From positions 1 through 30,579 of the forward strand of contig JAYVCD010000118.1 of the NCBI GenBank assembly GCA_043750125.1: a DNA stretch of 30,579 nt, given 5' to 3'. The notes under the pieces were generated by a model. It did not search any database. It was not told the DNA's origin and saw only the letters and a list, made by a program, of their open reading frames with translations. The stretch is from Archangiaceae bacterium (GTDB lineage: Bacteria > Myxococcota > Myxococcia > Myxococcales > Myxococcaceae). Below are positions 24,345-30,579 of this stretch, piece after piece (position 1 is the first letter of the stretch; every line of letters starts with the position of its first letter). A program made the position numbers and the translations under genes.

Positions 24345-24365
24345 CGACCTTCCGGGGCCGACGCA

Positions 24366-24381
24366 AGGCACGGACGTTGCG
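24366..24381 (+). promoter_or_regulatory. sigma54 promoter for the small coiled-coil protein
   Basis: AGGCACGGACGTTGCG gives GGCACG-N4-TTGC, followed by a GGAGGA RBS and ATG 24412. Confidence 0.8.
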
Positions 24382-24411
24382 TAGGGCACGGGCTCAACCC
24401 CTGGAGGATTC

Positions 24412-24654
24412 ATGAGCGACACGACCCATCGTTGGGCGGACGAAATGAAAGACGGCTTCGAAGTGCTGAAGGCGATGCGGGACGAGCTGAAGGTCCAGAT
24501 GCATCTGGCGGGCATGGACGCGAAGACCCGGTTCGCCGAGCTCGAGCACCGGCTGGACAGCGAGCAGCTCACCGCGCGAAAGAACCTCACCGAGCTGACC
24601 ACCAGCTTCCGCATCTTCAAAGATGAGCTTGGGAAGCAGGGGAAGCGCCCGTAA
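24412..24654 (+). CDS. Small coiled-coil hypothetical protein (80 aa)
   Basis: Strong RBS GGAGGA, GC3-biased codons and an amphipathic helix LKAMRDELKVQMHLAGMDAKTRFAELE. Confidence 0.85.
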   Translation: MSDTTHRWADEMKDGFEVLKAMRDELKVQMHLAGMDAKTRFAELEHRLDSEQLTARKNLTELTTSFRIFKDELGKQGKRP

Positions 24655-24843
24655 AGGACGTTCGACCAAACCGTCACAGTGTGTCGATGACGCCTGTGGC
24701 GGAATTGCAACGTCACCCAACCCAGGTTCAACCTGGGTCCGAGTGCGCGGGAGAAGCGTTTCTCACCCACCGTCTGATCTCGATTCCTCGGGGACGGTAA
24801 AGCGGCAGTCGCAGAGATGTGACCTACGCTGAGCACTTCCCCC

Positions 24844-25123
24844 CTGGAGCGTCATGTCCTTTCGTTCGCTGCCCGCGTCGCGAGCCTGGCGCTGTCGGGT
24901 TGCTCGAAGTGGCGGGTGATCGCCGACAAAGATCCGGGAGCCCTTCACGGGCAGACGGCAATGATGATGCTGCCCTTGAGCTTCGATTCGGCGCAGATCG
25001 ACGGTGATCCCGCATCGAAGTGGCTCGCAGATCAGGACGCCGATCAAAAGGCGGCCTGGGCTGCGGAAAAGGAATTCATCGAGTGAGATCGTCGCGAAGT
25101 ACCTTCACCAGCGAACGAAGTAG
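24844..25123 (+). pseudogene. Degraded lipoprotein gene remnant
   Basis: Frame 24844-25086 has no ATG start but reads ...VASLALSGCSKWRVIADKDPGALHGQTAMMMLPLSFDSAQIDGDPASKWLADQDADQKAAWAAEKEFIE*, with lipobox LSGC. A shifted frame continues EIVAKYLHQRTK* to 25123. Confidence 0.45.
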
Positions 25124-25221
25124 CCCATGGCGGTCGCCTCGAAGCGCGTTCGCCGGAAGGTTCGGGGGCGAGATCCTCTTGTGGTTTCCGCTGGTGCGCA
25201 CCCCACCGCCTCGGCGCGGGT

Positions 25222-25266
25222 AGCGCCTGAGGCTGCACCCGGCGCGTATGGCTTACGGTCGGTCAT
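25222..25266 (-). pseudogene. 5' stub of the ArsR partner gene (probably SRPBCC/AHSA1 family)
   Basis: The ATG overlaps the ArsR stop (ATGA) behind AAGGAAAG. MTDRKPYAPGAASGA resembles the N-terminus I recall for SRPBCC partners of this ArsR type, after which the sequence stops looking like that family. Confidence 0.5.
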
Positions 25267-25610
25267 GTCTTTTTCTTTCCTTTCTTCGAGGGCACCTTGT
25301 CCATCCGCCCAAGGTGTTGTTCCAGCGCATCGACGTGCTTCGACCAGAAGCGCCGGAACGGAATGAGCCACGCGTCGAGCTCCATCAGCGGCTCGGGTCT
25401 TAGTCGATAGAGCCGCCGCTGCGCTTCGATTCGTGATTCCACGAACCCCGCCTCTCGCAGCACCCGCAGGTGCTTGGAGACCGAGGGCTGCGAAAGTCGA
25501 AGCTCGCGCTCGATCTCGCCCACCGAGTGCTCAGCCGAAAGCAGCAGGCTCAAGATCGCCCGTCTGTTGGGTTCCGCGACGATGGCAAATGAGGATTCCA
25601 CGCCAGACAT
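25263..25610 (-). CDS. ArsR/SmtB-family transcriptional regulator (alternative GTG start at 25601)
   Basis: AEPNRRAILSLL, SVGEIERELRLSQPSVSKHLRVLREAGFV, QRRLYRLRPEPL and FWSKHVDALEQHL. Confidence 0.93.
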   Translation of the reverse strand: MSGVESSFAIVAEPNRRAILSLLLSAEHSVGEIERELRLSQPSVSKHLRVLREAGFVESRIEAQRRLYRLRPEPLMELDAWLIPFRRFWSKHVDALEQHLGRMDKVPSKKGKKKT

Positions 25611-25625
25611 ATCTCCGAGCGTTCA

Positions 25626-25643
25626 TATTCCCGTCAAGGCATA
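25626..25643 (-). promoter_or_regulatory. Putative ArsR auto-operator surrounding a TTGACG -35 element
   Basis: The minus strand reads TATGCC-TTGACG-GGAATA, an imperfect (5/6) inverted repeat directly upstream of the gene. Confidence 0.45.
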
Positions 25644-25747
25644 CGGGCGATCCAATGTCTCGTGGACTCCACTGTGCGCCGACCTCACGCGAGCGGATCG
25701 CGCGTGGAGTGCGCACGCCTTGTTTTGCAGTCCGGGGGGAACTCCCT

Positions 25748-26176
25748 TCAGGGCTTCTTTTTCTTCGGAGGCTTCGGAGGCTTCGCTTTGCGCGAGCTGT
25801 TGAGTGCGATCGCCTGGCGAATGAGCGCCTTGAAGGCAGCCACGGCCACTTTTTCACCCTCGTGGATGTCGATCGCCCGGCGCAAATTTCCCTCGAGGCT
25901 CGAGTTGAACAGACGAGCCGGATCCTTCAGAAACGCGCCCTTGGCGAAGGTGAGCTTCACGACACTTTTGTAGGACTCGCCGGTGCAGATGATGCCGTCA
26001 TGCGACCAGACCGGAACGCCCATCCACTTCCACTCCTCGATGACTTCCGGGTCAGCTTCCTTGATCAGCTTGCGCATTCTGCTCAGGGTTTCCCCGCGCC
26101 AATCGCCGAGCTCGGCAATTCTGTTCGAGATCAGCTCCGATGCCGACTGCCCTGCGCTCTCGCCCGACTTCTTCAT
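25748..26176 (-). CDS. DUF1801 (YdhG-like) domain protein
   Basis: LGDWRGETLSRMRKLIKEADPEVIEEWKWMGVPVWSHDGIICTGESYK...FNSSLEGNLRRAIDI. GAGGA RBS before ATG 26176. Confidence 0.9.
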   Translation of the reverse strand: MKKSGESAGQSASELISNRIAELGDWRGETLSRMRKLIKEADPEVIEEWKWMGVPVWSHDGIICTGESYKSVVKLTFAKGAFLKDPARLFNSSLEGNLRRAIDIHEGEKVAVAAFKALIRQAIALNSSRKAKPPKPPKKKKP

Positions 26177-26294
26177 GGTCTTGGTTCCTCGGTTGAGACG
26201 GGAGCCTTCGAAACAAGAGCCCTTGGTACGGGAAGCTCGGGGCCCGCAGAAAGGTGCGAACCGTACACCAGGACCACCCTGTGCCGGCGCGCGC

Positions 26295-26490
26295 CTACGG
26301 CAGTGGAATGAAATCCGTCTCGCCCGCGATCGCGCCAAACCGTTGCGCCTTCCAGTCGGCCCTCGCCTGCTCGATCCGTTCCTTCGAGCTCGAGACGAAA
26401 TTCCACCAGATGTGCCGTGGGCCGTCGAGCGGCTCTCCACCAAAGGCGAGCAGCCCGCCTGGAAGATCCGCCGTTCGCGCGGCAACAATC
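26295..26490 (-). pseudogene. Pirin family C-terminal fragment
   Basis: [30 protein letters not shown]...ETDFIPLP* is the typical pirin C-terminus. There is no N-terminal cupin domain and no room for one before 26748. Confidence 0.85.
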
Positions 26491-26747
26491 AGCGGGCCCA
26501 CTCCACCGTCTTGATCTGCACGTCGAGGGTCGTTTTGCACGTCGCCAGCGCAGCATCGACGAAGTCGTGAGGACCGGGCGCGGAATCGCCACCGCCCCAC
26601 GTCGGCCGCGACCTCAGCCGTCTGTAGACTCCACAGGGGCTCCCCGATCGGCCAACGTTTTGGGTCAACGACCCGCAGTCACGAAGCTGCGGGGCGCCGC
26701 TGGGGAAAGGTTCGGGTTTTGCTTGCCGACATCGCTATGTTGCTCGC

Positions 26748-27551
26748 ATGGCCGAAGTGACCGATGCCCAGCTTCTCGAGCAACTGAGGAAGGGAGACCC
26801 TCGGGCGACCGAGCAGCTGCTCGCCCGCCACGAGCAGAGCATCTACCGGTTCGGCCTGCGGATGTGCGGCAATGAGGACGACGCGCGCGACGTGCTCCAA
26901 GAGACGCTGCTTGCCGCGTTCAAGAACCTGGACGCGTTCCGCGGCGACGCGCAGCTGTCGACCTGGCTGTACCAGGTGGCGCGGAGCTTCTGCATCAAGC
27001 AGCGCCGACGGCACGAAGGAGAGCCGGCGCGGCACGAGTCGATCGAGGGCGCGGAGGTGGGCGCGATCGCCATCGACACCGCTGCGCCCGACGCACGGGC
27101 GCACGCGACCGAAGTCGGGCACGTGATCGAGGCCGCGCTGAACAGCCTCCAGCCGGAGCAGCGCGAGGCAATCGTGCTCCGCGACGTAGAGGGGCTCTCT
27201 GCCGAACAGGCAGCCGAGGTGGTGGGCGTCAGCATCGCGGCGCTGAAGAGCCGGCTTCACCGCGCGCGGCTGGAGCTGAAGCAGCGCATGTCGGCGGTGC
27301 TCGACGACGATCACGAAACCGGCATGGGCTGTCCTGAACTGCAGCACGAGCTGGCGGCCTATGCGTCGTCGGAGATCGATCAGGCCGCGTGCGTGCAGAT
27401 CGAAGCGCACCTCCAGAAGTGCCCGCGCTGCGCTGCCGCGTGCGACTCGCTCAAGCGGACGGTGTCGCTGTGCCGCGCGATTCCCGGAGGAGCAATTCCG
27501 GCTTCGGTTCGGGCGGCGGTGCGCCGCGCGCTGCAACGGATGCCGGCCTGA
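26748..27551 (+). CDS. ECF sigma-70 factor with fused C-terminal zf-HC2 (ZAS) zinc finger
   Basis: Region 2: DARDVLQETLLAAF...FRGDAQLSTWLYQVARSFC. Region 4: LQPEQREAIVLRDVEGLSAEQAAEVVGVSIAALKSRLHRAR. These are followed by C-x26-HLQKCPRC. Confidence 0.93.
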   Translation: MAEVTDAQLLEQLRKGDPRATEQLLARHEQSIYRFGLRMCGNEDDARDVLQETLLAAFKNLDAFRGDAQLSTWLYQVARSFCIKQRRRHEGEPARHESIEGAEVGAIAIDTAAPDARAHATEVGHVIEAALNSLQPEQREAIVLRDVEGLSAEQAAEVVGVSIAALKSRLHRARLELKQRMSAVLDDDHETGMGCPELQHELAAYASSEIDQAACVQIEAHLQKCPRCAAACDSLKRTVSLCRAIPGGAIPASVRAAVRRALQRMPA

Positions 27552-28044
27552 CGCAGTGTTGAGCTCTGATCGCAGCGGCTCGTGAATCGAAGTCTGGCTG
27601 GGCCCCTTTCTGAACTTCGCTGGCACTTGCGGCGCGGTTGATCCCCATCGAGGAGTGCACCTCGAACTTCGGCTGAGCGGCAATCGCGCGCTTCACCGAG
27701 CATTGCTCGACCACCTTGAGGACGGCAGCGCGGTACTTCTCGGGAAAGGACGCCGGCAGCACGAGCTCGAGGTCGACCGACTGCAACGTGCCGGCATCAT
27801 CCAGGGACGGCCGCTCGACGATCCGAATCTCTTCGAAGGGGATTTGGCGGGCGGCGCAGAAGCCCTGGACGAAGATCCCGGCGCAGGTCCCGATCGAGGC
27901 GAGGAACAACTCGAACGGAGAAGGCGCAGTGTCGGTGCCACCGTTGTTCAATGGCTGATCGGTGTGGATGACATGGGCGCCGACTAGCGCATCAATCTTG
28001 CGCCCACCGGTCAGCGTGATGGTGATTTCCTGAACCTTGGACAT
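27451..28044 (-). CDS. OsmC family protein with read-through tail overlapping the sigma gene
   Basis: TDQPLNNGGTDTAPSPFELFLASIGTCAG and FPEKYRAAVLKVVEQCSVKRAI, with both conserved Cys. GGGAGA RBS. The domain ends near 27650. Confidence 0.88.
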   Translation of the reverse strand: MSKVQEITITLTGGRKIDALVGAHVIHTDQPLNNGGTDTAPSPFELFLASIGTCAGIFVQGFCAARQIPFEEIRIVERPSLDDAGTLQSVDLELVLPASFPEKYRAAVLKVVEQCSVKRAIAAQPKFEVHSSMGINRAASASEVQKGAQPDFDSRAAAIRAQHCVRPASVAARGAPPPEPKPELLLRESRGTATPSA

Positions 28045-28113
28045 TGGCGTTCTCCCTTTTCTCGTTAGAGCCAGGTTGCGCCAGTTTCGATTCAGCGGAC
28101 TCGCTCGAAGGCG

Positions 28114-28460
28114 CTACCAGCGGCTCATCGCACCAGGTTGTGCACCTGGGCGAAGCCACTGCGACGTAGCCGGCGAGCGCCCAGTGCGCTGCGCATCCCG
28201 CTGGCGCAGTAGAGGATCACCGGCTTCTCTCTCGAGCCCACCTCTTTGAGGCGGCCGCCGAGCTCGTCGATGGGAATGTTGCGGGCGCGCTCGAGGTGAC
28301 CCGAGGCGAACTCGGCGCGCGAGCGGACGTCAATCAATGCAGCCCCCGACAACACGAGGGCGCGCGCGTCTGCGCTCGACAGTTTCCCGCGGGCCCGGCC
28401 GTACAGAAACAGCGGCACGCCGAATGCGGCGGAAACCCAGAGAAGATCGGTGGGGGTCAT
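28114..28460 (-). CDS. Single-domain rhodanese with N-terminal membrane anchor; apparent 1-bp frameshift in the last codons
   Basis: LIDVRSRAEFASGHLERARNIP and active-site loop YCASGMRS. The in-frame stop is at 28125 (VHNLVR*), but the shifted frame gives GAMSRW* ending at 28114. Confidence 0.88.
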
Positions 28461-28565
28461 AAGCACTTCGAGCCTCGGGGAGCCAAGAACGATTCAAGCC
28501 TGCTCAGAACCGTTTCCTGTGAGGGCCGGCTCTCACCTGTCACAGCATCCCCCCAAGGAGACCAC

Positions 28566-28814
28566 ATGACATTCCCGCGGTTGATGGCATCCCCCGCTGG
28601 CCGCGCGATCCGAATCGTCGCGGGGCTGGCTTTGATCACGTTGGGCCTCACCCTGGTCCACGGCGTCGTCGGCTGGGTCCTGGTGGCGGTCGGCCTGGCT
28701 CCACTCCTTGCGGGCACCCTCAACGTCTGCCTCATCGCTCCGCTGATCGGAGCCCCGTTCTGGGGCGCAGACGCGTTGTCGTCCCCTCACAACTCCGCTC
28801 AGCTCGCCAAATGA
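28566..28814 (+). CDS. DUF2892 / YgaP-like small membrane protein
   Basis: AAGGAG RBS at 28555-28560. GRAIRIVAGLALI, two hydrophobic helices and the conserved Cys in AGTLNVCLIAPLIGAPF. Confidence 0.85.
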   Translation: MTFPRLMASPAGRAIRIVAGLALITLGLTLVHGVVGWVLVAVGLAPLLAGTLNVCLIAPLIGAPFWGADALSSPHNSAQLAK

Positions 28815-28980
28815 AGAAGCCAGGATTGAGACGAGAATGCGCGACAAGCTTACCCGCGTTCTCGACCGGTTGACTTGAAGCGATCGCGGCGCCAGTCGAA
28901 GTGCTCAGGCCGGTAGTCGTCACCAGCCAAATGCAGCCCGAGCGCACGGCCTGGGCTTGGTGACGGTCGAGGTTGGTTTC

Positions 28981-30570
28981 TCATTTGCCCTCTGACAGCA
29001 GGGCGTCCTGGCTGAACGCAGGCCCCTGCACATCCATCGCCACTTCCCGGCCGTCTGCGCGTGGAGCAATCACGGGGTGGCGATCGAGATAGCTGCGCAG
29101 CATCTGATGAACGCTGGCAGGCAGAATCTTCACTTCGTGCACGCCCTTGAGCCGGCACACGACGTCCAACACCTCTCCTGCTCGCTCGCAGCCGGCGAAT
29201 GTGTAGCGCAGGCCATCCTGCACATCCTTTCCGCCGACCTTCAGCGACCGCAGTCGCTGGCCCGCCTCGCCGTGCGCCGCGAAAACCAGCTCGACGCCCG
29301 ACAGCCGTGGGCCCCAGCCGCCCGACAGCTTCCAGGGATTTTTGGAGAAGACGAGCTCGAGCTCCTGCTCGAGGTACGCCCGCAGCTCGGCCCCGGTGAT
29401 CCAGCCCATCTTCACGCGCGCGTCTAGCGGCAGCAGGCTCCACAGCTGCCCTACGGTCAGCGGCCCGGCGAGGATCGGTGGCGCGAATCGGAAACCATTG
29501 GTTGAGCCGATGTCTGCCTGGGCGCTCTCGCGTACGGCGTCGGCGACGAAGTTGTCCGCGCTCGTCTCGAGCACGTCATAGCGCGCGAGGATCGTCTCGC
29601 TGTGCCCGACTACCTCGTCCATCCTCTTGCGGAACGGAGCGATCGCCACGGCCACCAGCTTCTTCATCGCCGGATCCTCCGGGAAATCGTTTTCGCGCAC
29701 CGGGATTAACTGGAAGTCGTGGGCCACCACTCCACCCTCTGGCCCCACTGTCAGATCAAGCCGGCCGAGGAACGAGCCCATCGAGCCCGGCTCGACGATC
29801 AGCGTTCGCCCTTCGATGATCGGCGCCGTCGTCCGCTCATGGGTGTGCCCCGAGAGGATGACGTCGAGCTCCGGAATTTCGCGCGCGAGCTGCCTCGACA
29901 CCGTCAAACCGGTGTGGTCGATCAAAACGACCAGATCGGGCTTCTTCTGGTTCTTCAGCTCCTGCACAAAGGCGCGCAGCCCCGTCATCTGGGTGCTGTC
30001 GAGGCCACGCACCTGGTCGGGCGGTTGCCGCGTCGTCGTCGTCGGGTCGGTGACGCCTATGAACGCCACTCGCACTCCGCCGCGCTCGAGAATGATCGCC
30101 GGCGCGAACAGCCGCTGGTGTGTCTTCGCGTCGTGGAAGTTGTACGCGAGCACCTTGCACTTCACTTCACGCATCAGCTTGCGGAACTGCCTGGGTCCGT
30201 AGACGACCTCCCAGTTCCCGGGCACGCACAGATCCACGCCCAGCCCGTTGAACGGGCCGACCACCGCCTCGCCTTTGCTCCACGCCGCGGGTGCCGAGCC
30301 TTGAAACGTGTCTCCGCCATCGACCAGGAACGAGGGCCCGCTCGCGTCAGCCCGCGCCTGATCGATGGCAGTCTTCAGCCGGGCAAACCCGCCCATCTGC
30401 GGATAAACAGGGTCCTCACCCGGCATGAACTCCGGATGCGTTTCGAGCTGCGCGTGGGTGTCTGCGATGTGCAGCAGCGTCATCTGCCGCGGGGTTGCCG
30501 CAATCACAGCCATCGTCAGACTCATCGAGAGGATCATGATCGTCCGCACGTGCAACCCACGGTCCGCCAA
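28981..30570 (-). CDS. Metallophosphoesterase/5'-nucleotidase-fold protein, SoxB-like (start uncertain; ATG 30537 plausible, frame open to window end)
   Basis: LLHIADTHAQL, DGGDTFQGS, PGNWEVVYG, DH and SGHTHE, followed by a 5'-nucleotidase C-terminal domain (NGFRFAPPI). The N-terminus is hydrophobic. Confidence 0.85.
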   Translation of the reverse strand: MADRGLHVRTIMILSMSLTMAVIAATPRQMTLLHIADTHAQLETHPEFMPGEDPVYPQMGGFARLKTAIDQARADASGPSFLVDGGDTFQGSAPAAWSKGEAVVGPFNGLGVDLCVPGNWEVVYGPRQFRKLMREVKCKVLAYNFHDAKTHQRLFAPAIILERGGVRVAFIGVTDPTTTTRQPPDQVRGLDSTQMTGLRAFVQELKNQKKPDLVVLIDHTGLTVSRQLAREIPELDVILSGHTHERTTAPIIEGRTLIVEPGSMGSFLGRLDLTVGPEGGVVAHDFQLIPVRENDFPEDPAMKKLVAVAIAPFRKRMDEVVGHSETILARYDVLETSADNFVADAVRESAQADIGSTNGFRFAPPILAGPLTVGQLWSLLPLDARVKMGWITGAELRAYLEQELELVFSKNPWKLSGGWGPRLSGVELVFAAHGEAGQRLRSLKVGGKDVQDGLRYTFAGCERAGEVLDVVCRLKGVHEVKILPASVHQMLRSYLDRHPVIAPRADGREVAMDVQGPAFSQDALLSEGK

Positions 30571-30579
30571 AGCTTCGGG

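Noticed and set aside
24251-24397. Cys-rich 49-aa N-terminal extension on the Usp protein (CGAC)
   Set aside because: It spans the divergent promoters and boxes. The Usp fold begins at MSILCATNFS.
25763-25785. Tandem CTTCGGAGG repeat
   Set aside because: It simply encodes the KPPKPPK tail of the DUF1801 protein.
26748-27551. CorE-like (ECF44) copper-sensing sigma factor
   Set aside because: The tail is an HxxxCxxC ZAS domain rather than a short Cys-rich CorE tail, and no metal efflux genes are adjacent.
1-30579. tRNA, rRNA, CRISPR, IS or prophage elements
   Set aside because: I saw no cloverleaf, regularly spaced repeats, transposase or integrase motifs by eye. A covariance-model scan was not possible.

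Overview
This is GC-rich bacterial DNA whose gene content points to Myxococcota (inference). It falls into four blocks. (1) 401-20391, minus strand: a compact, tightly coupled six-gene hybrid lipopeptide cluster. In order it encodes a stand-alone Fis-type HTH, a diaminobutyrate aminotransferase, FAAL-ACP-C-A-PCP, KS-AT-KR-DH-ACP, a free-standing luciferase-like monooxygenase and C-A(Dab)-PCP-C-A(Pro-family)-PCP. It has no thioesterase or reductase and ends in a docking-like tail, facing a convergent histidine kinase. (2) 20528-24654: a Zn alcohol dehydrogenase, a secreted monoheme CxxCH protein, a universal stress protein and a small coiled-coil protein. They form two divergent pairs, each with back-to-back sigma54 promoters and the same GTGCA-N5-TGCAC tandem box at nearly identical spacing. 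(3) 24800-26600: a decayed mosaic of a lipoprotein remnant, ArsR with a truncated partner, DUF1801 and a pirin C-terminal fragment. (4) 26748-30570: a putative reactive-sulfur module made of an ECF sigma factor fused to its own anti-sigma zinc finger, OsmC, rhodanese, DUF2892 and a SoxB-like metallohydrolase. I saw no rRNA, tRNA, CRISPR array or transposase. All calls come from reading motifs by eye; no database search was run.
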